A stretch of 63,757 nucleotides of DNA, filler included, from Stramenopiles sp. TOSAG23-3 (Eukaryota): NCBI GenBank assembly GCA_900128585.1. It is 44 parts of 44 records of this genome, joined end to end, with 100 filler letters (N's around TTAATTAATTAA, not from the genome) between each part and the next. Parts side by side here need not be neighbours in the genome. Positions count along the whole stretch, not along the records: positions 10,245 to 11,606 come from LT645972.1; positions 11,707 to 13,065 come from LT645973.1; positions 13,166 to 14,524 come from LT645974.1; positions 14,625 to 15,982 come from LT645975.1; positions 16,083 to 17,440 come from LT645976.1; positions 17,541 to 18,897 come from LT645977.1; positions 18,998 to 20,353 come from LT645978.1; positions 20,454 to 21,808 come from LT645979.1; 36 more parts are not named here. One strand, given 5' to 3'. The translations under genes were made by a program, and so were the position numbers. The notes under the pieces were generated by a model. The model made no database searches. It was not told the DNA's origin and saw only the letters and a list, made by a program, of their open reading frames with translations. Shown piece after piece: positions 11,123-21,908 of this stretch (its first letter is position 1; each line of letters starts with the position of its first letter).

Positions 11123-11317
11123 ATGTCCGCCGTTCGAACCACGAAGGAAGATCTGTTGCCGGCTCTGCACGCGGAGGAGAAAATATTGCGAAAAATTTAC
11201 GAGCAGGTAGAGGTCGGGCTGTCTACGTTACGGAATGAAGAGAAAACGTTGCTGGAAGCTGCGGACCGCTTGAAGCAAGAAGAGACCATGCGGAAAGCTA
11301 AGAGGCGAAAGGTGTAG
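11123..11317 (+). CDS. Small coiled-coil protein with C-terminal NLS; SNAPC5-like pattern
   Basis: 64 aa; LHAEEKIL...LSTLRNEEKTLL spacing; ends KAKRRKV. Confidence 0.5.
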   Translation: MSAVRTTKEDLLPALHAEEKILRKIYEQVEVGLSTLRNEEKTLLEAADRLKQEETMRKAKRRKV

Positions 11318-11706
11318 CAGGGGCGTCTGTGTGTAAATATATAATGCAAGGGGGGTCCGTTGCATCTTGGCGGTACCAGGCACCGGAGGCGCGCGCAGCA
11401 ACTTCTGCGTGCACGATGCTACTGTAAATAATTATATAAATTTAGGGGTTATCTTTTTTTTTTAATGAAAAAAATCACATTTTAATAGTTTGGTGCGCGC
11501 GCACGATCGTGCTCGCATAAATTAATTTTCTTTTAGTAAAGACGGTTCCAGAAGTTGTTGGACAGGTCCGTAATCGTCCTGGAGCACAAATCATTAGTGT
11601 GGTTTTNNNNNNNNNNNNNNNNNNNNNNNNNNNNNNNNNNNNNNNNNNNNTTAATTAATTAANNNNNNNNNNNNNNNNNNNNNNNNNNNNNNNNNNNNNN
11701 NNNNNN

Positions 11707-11858
11707 CAATTATCTTCTGTACTATTTCTATCTACCTTCCCTTCTCTTCTATCCTATTTCCATCTATATTCAATTATCTTCTATCCTATTTCTATCTACC
11801 TTCCCTTCTCTTCTATCCTATTTCTATCTATATTCAATTATCTTCTATCCTATTTCTA
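11707..11858. repeat. Pyrimidine-rich tandem repeat, 64-nt period, ~2.4 copies
   Basis: caattatcttct...tatttctatctaccttcccttctcttctatcctatt starts at 11707, 11771 and 11835. Confidence 0.9.
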
Positions 11859-13167
11859 TGTATCATAAAATTGAGGATTGTCTTTTTTCTTAAAACTGAA
11901 ATGGAAGGGGGGGGGGAAGATCTTGAAAAGAGGAAAAAGATGTATTGTGAGGAGGATAGGATACATGTATTGTACTTATTAAATATAGTTATACTTCCTT
12001 CTCTTTCTTTCTTTTCTTTTCTTTCTTCCTTCTCCTTCCTTCTCCTTCCTTCTCCTTCCTTCCTTTTTTTTCCTTCTTCTCTTTCTTCCTTCTCTTTCTT
12101 TCTTCCTTCTCTTTCTTTCTTTCTTTCTTCTCTTTTCTTTCTTCTACCAAATGGCATTCAATCGAATTGACAATTGGCATCAATCGAATTAACAATTGAC
12201 ATTAATTCTTTCATTTCATAATTAAGATAATTAGGAATAATTTAAATATTAAATAAATAACAATTAGATACTACACAATATCAAATAGAATTATAATATT
12301 CAATTAATTACAGGTGTTAATTAAATATTCAACTACATAACATTCATATACTAACTGACCTAAACTAAACACCTTAGTTTGAAATACTTTCGTTTCTCCT
12401 TTTCGCTCATTTCATTATCTTTCAGGATACTATATCATAAAATAAAACAATACGCAATATAGTCCATGTTTATATTTATAATATTCTATCAAATAAAGTA
12501 TTATCAAAATATAAATTGTAATATAACACTAACACATCATCTCTCTTTCAATTTTAATTTTAATCTACGAATTTCAGTCATCCTTAACTATTTAATTTGT
12601 TGATAATTAAAACGAAGGAAAATGAAATGTGTGGTAGGTGTTTATTTAATGTTGTGTACCGTTTCATGATAGTGTTCAAATAGGGTTTAATAGGTCCATA
12701 ATACAATTTCTATAAGTGGTTATTAATGTAGATTACGTAAATGTAAAAAATCGCCTACATTTCGTTTTCAATGGTATACTAAATGTTTGTTTAGATAGGC
12801 TCTATTTGTACTTGTAATATTTTCTGTTTTCAGCCTTTTTTTCTTTTTTCTTAATTCTTTGGTTTTTGAACAAATAAGGAAGTTAGGAGTTTCTAAAAGG
12901 AAGGTTTAAATTGAACGAAGAACAGTTTAACGTTTGTTTTATTTTAGAAAAGGATGTTAATTGATTGTACTATTCCTTAATTTAATTAGAAAATTAAAAT
13001 AATTATTAAAAAATAAAAAAAATATGAGATTTTTTTTTAAAAAGAAAGGAAAAAAGGAATCAATCNNNNNNNNNNNNNNNNNNNNNNNNNNNNNNNNNNN
13101 NNNNNNNNNTTAATTAATTAANNNNNNNNNNNNNNNNNNNNNNNNNNNNNNNNNNNNNNNNNNNNCA

Positions 13168-13695
13168 AAAGTGCCGCAGCCGCCATCGTCTGGTGGGTCG
13201 GAGAAACCGGCAGCAATCGCTGAAGAGAGAGAGCGCGCAGAAAATAGTAAAATGGAGAGTTGTGTGACCCCAAAAGCACAAAAGACCATCGAGGAGTGCT
13301 CGCCATCTTCCATCGTGTCGATGACGCTGAAAGATTCTGGGACAATGTCATCGATTGTGCGAGACAGGCTTTTGCAGCGGATTGTGTCCTTGGCGGACCG
13401 TGGGGCAATTACCAGCTCGCAACAAGAATACCTTAATTCATTAATTGGGACATCGACTGGACAGGATTCGGGTGCAGTTGTTGAAAATTCTCAGAATAGC
13501 GTAAATAGCGGTAGTGTTGGCACCCACGCGTCTGCGGTAAACCTTCAGACAGCAAAGGCGCCCATGCTTCCTGATATCGCCACTGGGTCGGCGAGTATCT
13601 CGAATGGTGCCGCAAAGGATGCAGCGGTTTCTTTGAAGAACGCAGTCACACCCAGACCCCCAGAGGTAGTTGGAAACTACAAAACTAAAATATAA
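13168..13695 (+). CDS. Hypothetical protein fragment (S/A-rich)
   Basis: Open from the contig edge with coding-like GC. Confidence 0.55.
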   Translation, partial: KVPQPPSSGGSEKPAAIAEERERAENSKMESCVTPKAQKTIEECSPSSIVSMTLKDSGTMSSIVRDRLLQRIVSLADRGAITSSQQEYLNSLIGTSTGQDSGAVVENSQNSVNSGSVGTHASAVNLQTAKAPMLPDIATGSASISNGAAKDAAVSLKNAVTPRPPEVVGNYKTKI

Positions 13696-13850
13696 ATGTA
13701 CGTATGATATACGTAAAAAAAACTAATGATATGTACGTACGTAAATATTTTATCAAATTTTCTTGTTTTAATTGTGACAGCCAATTTTCTTGTTTTTATG
13801 AAATTGTGACATCGGTATATCGATTATAAGACCAAAAGAGCAAAGATAGA

Positions 13851-14044
13851 TTTCAGGGTTTCGCAGTACATTAATTTTAATTACTTAAATTTAATTTTAC
13901 TTAAGCTAAATAACAGCCAATTTTCTTGCTTTTACTATTAAAGTACTGCGAACTGAACTCTAAATTTCGAACTTATTTTTGCCCTTGTGGTTTCACTAAT
14001 CAAAATATTGATGGAGAAATAACAGCCAATTTTCTTGTTTTTAA
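13851..14044. repeat. Dispersed intergenic element family A (AGTTCAGTTCGCAGTAC-AT-rich-AACAGCCAATTTTCTTG)
   Basis: Related copies at 59198-59265 and 37662-37717 (reverse); partial copies at 13777-13798 and 24937-24964. Confidence 0.75.
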
Positions 14045-14626
14045 TTTTTTAGACGACTTCGTAAAGTTTATTTGATAATTAAATATAAACATCCAAAGAA
14101 CTCAAGTTCCAGTGTATAATAGTGTTGTGTATTATAAATTATCTATTAATAAATAACAGCAGGTACGAACTCGTTAAAATTACATTCGGTACCGGTACGG
14201 GTATAATACCACTTCCCTTTGCGTAGGCGATACTAACGGTGCTCAGGAATAAAATTCTAAATGAAATTTTTAAGTTATAACGAAAGTTTATGTGACAGAC
14301 ATGGTGAGTGATGATACTGAAAGATGCATATGAAATCACATACCCTTATTATTAACTATAAAATTTGTCTACATGCCAAAAAATAACGATTAAAAAATAT
14401 ACCACGAAACGCAATTATTATTAACTGGGGAGTGCCCCTGAAAGGAATTTCAAAGCTGACAAAGCTTAAATTTATTAGTATAGAGGGGAATACGGGCATT
14501 ACAAGCATTCACAGCGATGAAATCNNNNNNNNNNNNNNNNNNNNNNNNNNNNNNNNNNNNNNNNNNNNTTAATTAATTAANNNNNNNNNNNNNNNNNNNN
14601 NNNNNNNNNNNNNNNNNNNNNNNNTT

Positions 14627-15010
14627 TTCAAGAAGCGGCTGATTGACCAGCCAGTTATTCGGTATAAGCTTGCACAGATGGCGGCGGACATCGAATGCGT
14701 TCACTCCATGATTGAGGATATGACGTACCAAATGTGCAACATGAGCGTTGCAGAGATCAACCAGTCCCTTGCCGGTCCCATTGCCCTTCTTAAGTACAAG
14801 CAAACGCGCGTTGCGACCTTGGTGGCTGACCAAGTGTGCCAAATTTTTGGGGGGAGGGCATTGACGCGGACTGGGATGGGAAAATTTGTAGAGAAGTTTC
14901 AGCGGTCGTACAAAATGCAGGCGATCTTAGGAGGCAGCGAAGAAATTATGGCTGACCTAGCCATCCGACAGGCGATGAAGGGTGCAGGTTCCCATCCAGC
15001 CATGCTTTGA
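14627..15010 (+). CDS. Acyl-CoA dehydrogenase, C-terminal fragment
   Basis: FKKRLIDQPVIRYKLAQM, CQIFGGRALTRTGMG and AILGGSEEIM. Confidence 0.92.
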   Translation, partial: FKKRLIDQPVIRYKLAQMAADIECVHSMIEDMTYQMCNMSVAEINQSLAGPIALLKYKQTRVATLVADQVCQIFGGRALTRTGMGKFVEKFQRSYKMQAILGGSEEIMADLAIRQAMKGAGSHPAML

Positions 15011-16082
15011 ACGCCCAAGGGTTACTCTTGCATTTTTGAGGGAGCGTCGTCGTCCGTGCTGCTGTATACGAACTGTTTAAGTGGGGATATGTAACTATAT
15101 TAGAACTTTGACGTTTCTTTTTTGATTTACTCTGTCGTTTCTTGTACAATATAGGATTTAATTTATATTTAAAACATACTATATATAATTTGTTTTTAAA
15201 ATTGAGGATCTAAATAACAACAGCCATTTTAAGTTTATTTTGTTTTTAAAATTGATTGGGGAAGAATGCGATTTAATAGTGTCTCTATAATACAGAGCAT
15301 TATTTCACACACTACTACTGGAACTACATTCAATTGAAATGAAAAACAACACACACATCTTATTATAGTAAAGTTACATGTGTTAAGTACGTATTTTGAT
15401 TGTGTATTACCTAGATATACTAATCCCTCTGATTTGACTTGACCATTTATTTATTTATTACTACCTCGTATTATATTTTGTTGATTAAAATGAGAAAGAT
15501 GATGATGGCGTTTCATATTTTTTTTTTTAAACCACTGTTTTCTTATAGTGTACTACTTAATCCACTTAAATATCAAAGAAAATCATCCGTTTAACAACCT
15601 GCTGCTAGATCATATATTATAATATAATAATAAAGAACTGAAGTACTCCTCGTATTAATATAATATATATATACTTTACCCCCCAACATTCTTTCTCGTA
15701 TGTGTTGCATTTAAAATGTGAAATTCATAAGCTTCGTGGAGTTGGATAGCAATGATTTGAATCATTGCGGCTTCATACCTGTGATTTTACACTATTGCCG
15801 GATAATGTGCAGCAAGTATCTGAAATCTGTATCGAATCTTTTTTGTAATTGTTTCAAAGGGCTCAGCGGGTATACTACTGTGAACGGAAATCTAAAGCGG
15901 TGGAAAAGACAGAAGCGCGCTTACCGTGAGAGTTTGCGCTGATCAAATCGTATTGCAAGATGGAATCCACAACGGCCGACAANNNNNNNNNNNNNNNNNN
16001 NNNNNNNNNNNNNNNNNNNNNNNNNNTTAATTAATTAANNNNNNNNNNNNNNNNNNNNNNNNNNNNNNNNNNNNNNNNNNNN

Positions 16083-17440
16083 AGCAATCCGTTTTGATAT
16101 CGATTTTCTTGGAACCTAAGTCAGCGTTGACATATTTCCCAATGTTGAGCTCAATCACATTAACTTTGCTCTTGCCATAGAGATCGAGATTTTTCGGGAT
16201 ACCACAGCGGCCCAAGGAACTGGGTATGAGCGGGCAGACACTTTCTGTTTTTTTATCGTTCAAACGTCGATAAAACTTTGCACACTTTTCTGCTTCGTTC
16301 TTACCTTGGGGCATATTTTTTAATTCGGCGCAGTTCTTGCCGTTGTAATTGTTAAAACTGTCTCTACAAAAGCACATCTGGTCCACCAAATTTGCGTTGT
16401 AGATTCGAGATGCTTTCGTTGATTGAAATTGGCTGGTATAATTTGTTCTGGCTTCTTTAAAATACGAATAGATCCAGTGCCACTGATCACTCCTGTCTCC
16501 AGCTTGTTCAACATCCTTGATCTCATCTGGGGTTGGTGGATGGTCGTTAGNNNNNNNNNNNNNNNNNNNNNNNNNNNNNNNNNNNNNNNNNNNNNNNNNN
16601 NNNNNNNNNNNNNNNNNNNNNNNNNNNNNNNNNNNNNNNNNNNNNNNNNNNNNNNNNNNNNNNNNNNNNNNNNNNNNNNNNNNNNNNNNNNNNNNNNNNN
16701 NNNNNNNNNNNNNNNNNNTTTCTTGCGTTCCTCCTCTTTCTTTATCGTTTTCTTGCGTTCCTCCTCTTTCTTTTTCTTGCGTTTCTCCTCTTTCTTTTTC
16801 TTGCGTTTCTCTTCTTGCAGTTTCTTCTTGCACCCAGAATCGTCTTTGTTACAAGATTTTGACTTTCTATGATCCACTTTCAATAGCGCGTTGTTCGTCG
16901 CCATCAAACGTAGAAGCTGGGCGCCTGATTTTCGACTGCGTCCTGAAGACGACGCGGTCGCATCGTCATCGTCATCGTCATCGTCATTGTCATCGTTGTC
17001 ATCAATGTCTTCTTCTTTCACGTTCAGCTGCACAATTCTTTTCGTCGCTGCTTGCGCCTCGTCCTCGTCCTCGCCGTCGTCCTCATCCTCATCCTCATCG
17101 CCTTTTCTCACGCTGTTTTTATTCCCTTCCATCAAACGACGCAGCTGACCACCCGCTTCCGAGCCACCCACAAGCATACGTTTCGTTTGCGTTGTTATGT
17201 CACGAATACGATTTAAGGACGTAGCAGTTGCTGAATCTAGTGCGGATGAGTTGTAAGCATCTGCACCGTCGTCATCGTCGTCGTCCTCGTCGTCGCTCGA
17301 TAGCCATTTACCTAAGATGGTGGTGTTTTGGGTGTTGTTGTCGTCGTCGTCGTCGTCGTCGTCATCGTCCGCAATGTTCGATAACCGGTCGTTTACAAGG
17401 GTGGTGTTTTGTGCGTCCTCCTCCTCTTCGCCGTCATCGT
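16083..17440 (-). CDS. Large low-complexity protein fragment: Asp-rich and Lys/Glu-repeat region, N gap (16551-16718), then Cys-containing domain
   Basis: The frame is open from 17438 to the gap. After the gap a Cys-rich open frame (CFCRDSFNNYNGKNC) continues to the contig edge. Confidence 0.65.
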
Positions 17441-17542
17441 NNNNNNNNNNNNNNNNNNNNNNNNNNNNNNNNNNNNNNNNNNNNTTAATTAATTAANNNN
17501 NNNNNNNNNNNNNNNNNNNNNNNNNNNNNNNNNNNNNNNNAA

Positions 17543-18897
17543 AAGGAGTACAGAAAAGTCGTAAAGGCCGCGCAGCTGAAGTCGGACCTTGAAATATTGC
17601 CGCACGGGGACGAGACGGAGATTGGGGAGAGGGGAATAAATCTTTCGGGGGGACAGAAGCAGCGGTGTGCCATAGCAAGGGCCTTGTACAATTCCGAAGA
17701 GAAAGATATTTTCCTTTTGGACGACCCGTTGAGTGCAGTCGATGTGCACGTTGCCAACAGCCTGTGGGAAGACGCCATCGGCAAGAGTGGCCTGCTGAAG
17801 AACAAGACCAGGATCCTGGTGCTGAACTCACATTATCACCTGCTGAAGGAGGCGGACCTGGTCTGCATCATGGACCGCGGAACCCTCGTCTTCCAAGGCA
17901 GCGCAAAAGAGGCAATGGAAAAGTACTCTTCTCTGCTCAATATCAGTGAGGCCGATGTGAAAGACAGCATACCGGCAACGGAAGAGCCAAAAGGCAACGG
18001 TAGCGAGAAAGAACCGACGGCGGCGCCGCGGGTTTCAGAAACAAAGCGCGAGATCTCCATCGAAAGGGAAAGGACATCGAGCGCAAGCCTCTCCAAACGC
18101 AGCGATTCCTTTTCGTCGAAGGAGGAGGAGAAAAAGTTGTACAAAAAGGAGGACCGCGAGAAAGGAAACGTTCGATGCTCCACTTACCTGGCATGGTTTC
18201 ACAGCGCCGCGTCTTTTGGGAACGGCCTGCCTTGGTTAGCATTCATCGTCACAATGTACGCACTTGCTCAAATTGGTCGGACAGGCAGCGACTTTTTGCT
18301 TACAGAATGGGCTAACAGCCCGACCGAGTCGGCATTGACCTGGTACATTACAATAACCGGCGTCACTTGCGTGCTGTTGATCGTGCGAGGGTTTTTGTTC
18401 ATGTACACTTCTGTCCAGGCCAGCAAGAATTTTCACGACAAAATTTTCAAAGCCGTCCTGAAAGCGCCCATCAACCTTTTCTTTGACGTCACAAGAACAG
18501 GACAGATTATTAATCGATTTTCCAGTGACATGGACCACATTGATGTTCAGTTGCCGACGTTTGGCATTCAATTTTTTCAAAATTCCATCTACGTCTTTGC
18601 TGCTGTCATAGTCTGTTGCCTTTCTAGTGTATGGTTTTTGCCGTTCTTGGTTCCAATTGGAACTATCTATTACATAGCCCAAAACTATTACCGCAAGAGC
18701 TCAAGGGAGGTGAAGCGGCTGGAAGGAATTTCTCGAAGTCCTATCTTTTCGGGTTTCCAAGAAATGCTGAATGGGGTCGAAACAATCCGGGCATTTGACC
18801 AGTCGGAAAAATTCATCGCACACAACTCCAAATATGTGGACCGGAACAATGGGATCTATTTGGACTTTCAGATGTGCAGTCGCTGGCTCGCCCTTCG
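17543..18897 (+). CDS. ABCC/MRP-family ABC transporter fragment (NBD1-linker-TMD2)
   Basis: TEIGERGINLSGGQKQR, LLDDPLSAVD, FFDVTRTGQIINRFSSD and REVKRLEGISRSPIFS. Confidence 0.96.
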
Positions 18898-18999
18898 NNN
18901 NNNNNNNNNNNNNNNNNNNNNNNNNNNNNNNNNNNNNNNNNTTAATTAATTAANNNNNNNNNNNNNNNNNNNNNNNNNNNNNNNNNNNNNNNNNNNNAG

Positions 19000-19383
19000 C
19001 ACAAGGAAGCCGCCGAGTTGTACAAAAAGTACAAGGAGGGGAAGGAGGTGATCGACAAGTGGGAAGGGGAGCAGCGCGCGGGGGCCGCCATCGAGGAGAT
19101 GGACTTCCTGAACCCCTCGAAGAGGATGATCGACGACGCGGCGAAGAACGGGCTGGACCTGAAGGACCCGGCGATTCGAAAGTACATGCAGACCTTGCAC
19201 GAGCGGAAGCGCCAGGGGCAGCCGCTGTTCGAAGACGACGAGGAGGGGGCTGGGGGGGAGGGCGTGGGCGTGGGCGCCCGCGAGCAGGGCGTCAACCCGA
19301 CCACCGAGAGCGGGAGCGGGGTCGACTGGCGCATCTTCTTCGCCGTCTTTATCGCGAGCATTCTGGCGCGGTACTTTGTTTAA
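19000..19383 (+). CDS. C-terminal fragment of a tail-anchored membrane protein
   Basis: GC-rich open frame ending WRIFFAVFIASILARYFV*. Confidence 0.65.
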   Translation, partial: HKEAAELYKKYKEGKEVIDKWEGEQRAGAAIEEMDFLNPSKRMIDDAAKNGLDLKDPAIRKYMQTLHERKRQGQPLFEDDEEGAGGEGVGVGAREQGVNPTTESGSGVDWRIFFAVFIASILARYFV

Positions 19384-19591
19384 AGGAACAAAACGTGGCC
19401 CCAACAATTTGTTTCAATCGATTTGGCGACAAATCGTTTTTTGGAGGTATGTTACAACAAATAACTCCCAACGTGTAATTTAATTTTGGTGTATCTCAGT
19501 AAATTATCAAAAATGTTAATTTCCAAATTTTTTGTTTTATATAAATCTTGTATTACTCTATCATTAGTTTTTTTATAAATCTACCTTGTAT

Positions 19592-20353
19592 TTACAATAT
19601 TAACGTACGGGTAATAACTGCTGGCGTGGGTAGTTCCGGGTGCTGCCCAAGTGTTGCCGGGGCCAGGAGCGGCGATTCCGAGCCTATCTGATCGACAGTC
19701 GCGGTTGGGGAGCTGGGCAGTTCTGTCGGTTGCCGATCGACGGTCGCGACGGCACAGGGCTCGTCCAACGGGGCCGTTGGGTTTGCAGCAGGGGGTTGGC
19801 CCGGCTGCAGCCCTAGCGCTAAATTGATCAGGTCCCTGCGCATTTTTCCAATCCCTCCTTCAGACGGTTCGAACCCTTCCGTGTACCTTGGGCGCTCACG
19901 ATTGGCGTTTTTCAACGCCTCCTTGTACCGCACCAGGTCTGCCTCTTTCAGGTAGACGAAAGGCTGGTGGGGGGCTTCCGCTGCTGCGGCCGCCGTCGCA
20001 GGGCTTTGCTTTCCGCTCACCCAGAACGACCACTCTCGGTCGAACCGCCGCTCCATATCATCGGCGTAGCTCCAAATGCCCGTGCCCTCCCCGTTGAACA
20101 GTTTGCAGTTTCTCCACGCCAATCGAACGGCCTTGGCAAACTGAAAGAGCGTTTGCCCAGAGAAGCCGCCGCTGTGCAGCGACGAGTAGATCGTCCCCAG
20201 GTCCATGGGCTGCTTGATCCACTTTTTGTAATTCTTCACGACCTTTACGTCCACGGGTCGCCAAAAGACCCGGTTCACATCTTCCTCCACCAGGGCCCGG
20301 AGAATGGTGTCGCAGGCCACGTGGAGCAAGATCCTGTTCTGCTGTTGGTGCCC
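19592..20353 (-). CDS. Bromodomain-containing protein fragment
   Basis: VFWRPVD..NYKKWIKQPMDLGTI...VRLAWRNCKLFN. Confidence 0.9.
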   Translation of the reverse strand, partial: GHQQQNRILLHVACDTILRALVEEDVNRVFWRPVDVKVVKNYKKWIKQPMDLGTIYSSLHSGGFSGQTLFQFAKAVRLAWRNCKLFNGEGTGIWSYADDMERRFDREWSFWVSGKQSPATAAAAAEAPHQPFVYLKEADLVRYKEALKNANRERPRYTEGFEPSEGGIGKMRRDLINLALGLQPGQPPAANPTAPLDEPCAVATVDRQPTELPSSPTATVDQIGSESPLLAPATLGQHPELPTPAVITRTLIL

Positions 20354-20453
20354 NNNNNNNNNNNNNNNNNNNNNNNNNNNNNNNNNNNNNNNNNNNNTTA
20401 ATTAATTAANNNNNNNNNNNNNNNNNNNNNNNNNNNNNNNNNNNNNNNNNNNN

Positions 20454-21132
20454 GTTCAGGTGTGTATCGAATCACGTTCGGCTTGGGCAGCGTTTTGCAG
20501 AGTTTGTCGCACTTGTGTGAGCTAAAAAATGCCTCTATGCCGATGTGGCCACAGTCCAATTCACCAAAATTCTCCCCGTCAAAATCTTCTGTGCTGTGTA
20601 TGGCCGGGTCCGTTAAGATGTACTTGTCTTTCCTCCGTTCACCTTGCAGGTCGACGATCATAAGCCTCTGTTTTGTTTTCCAATACGACCAGTGGCAGAA
20701 AGTCGATAAGGTGCCGTGGTAAAGCAAGGTTCCATTGTTGCTTACAAACTTCTCGTACGCTCCGTATATTCTATCTTCACACGTCACTACATCTCCTACC
20801 CTGGCATTGGTGAATAGGCAGCTGAAGCGGGACAGCCCTGTGACCATGGCAGGCTTTGGGACTAAAAAATCTATTGGTGTGATTGAGTTTGTTTTGTTAA
20901 ATGCGTTGAACTCCGTGGCCAGTTTCTTGGCTATTCTGCTGACGCGCACGGTGTTCCCATTCTTAAACGCGAGGCTCGTGCTTTTGAAGGCTTTCACGAT
21001 GCACGACTTCCCTTTCCTCTCCCCCGTTAAAAACGTCCCCCGGTGCGCGGTCTTATACTCCCCTGCCCCGAAGACTCTTGCTTCGTACCGTACGACGTCG
21101 CCGTTCTTCAGTTGGCACTGGTTCTGCCCCAT
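20454..21132 (-). CDS. Alpha-kinase (MHCK/eEF2K family), 3' end truncated
   Basis: IVKAFK, YEKFVSNNG, FCHWSY, IVDLQG, LTDPAIHS and the zinc-binding HKCDKLC. Confidence 0.93.
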
Positions 21133-21540
21133 CTCCTAAAGGCCATTCGCTGGCGGCTACAAAGAACCACGAGATAAAATCGCAAGGTCACAAGAAGAGC
21201 ACGAGCAACAATCGCACGAACGGAGATTTGTCAAAGACAAAAGAACTGAAGACTTCTATTTCAACTGTTGGCCAAATCCGACTTCAGTAACCACCAACTG
21301 ATCTGTCACACGTACGTAGCTTAGAGTAGTAATAATAGTTATTTAAGATGACGAAATAGAAGTAAGTACGAGGTAATAAGTATTAATAACAACAACAACT
21401 GCTTCGAACAACAAGGGAGGAAGTGTGTGCCAAGAAGTATTATCTATCATCACATCATACATAAATATTATTATTATATTTCGTTTTCTTCTTCTTCTTC
21501 TTCTTCGTAAAAAATAATAAAATAATAATAATAATCCAGA

Positions 21541-21648
21541 GCTACGGTAGGCACCAGGTACGGTACCAGGTATTAATACCAGGTATAATACAGGTACCAG
21601 GTACGGTGCAAATAACACCGTGTACCGTACGGTATAATACCGGTGTAC
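21541..21648. repeat. GGTAC/TACCAG-rich low-complexity quasi-palindromic tract
   Basis: Repeated ggtaccag, gtacggta and taccggt units. Confidence 0.75.
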
Positions 21649-21735
21649 AGTAGCAAGATCCATAATGTCACACAGAAGAAGAAGAACAAACGCGAGAAAG
21701 CCTTCTTCTTCTTCCGCCTTCTTCTCTCTCCTTTT

Positions 21736-21807
<72 letters not shown>

Positions 21808-21908
21808 TNNNNNNNNNNNNNNNNNNNNNNNNNNNNNNNNNNNNNNNNNNNNTTAATTAATTAANNNNNNNNNNNNNNNNNNNNNNNNNNNNNNNNNNNN
21901 NNNNNNNN

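Noticed and set aside
14420-14524. LRR-like frame GVPLKGISKLTKLKFISIEGNTGITSI
   Set aside because: An in-frame stop lies just upstream and it is cut by the spacer, so no gene model can be supported.
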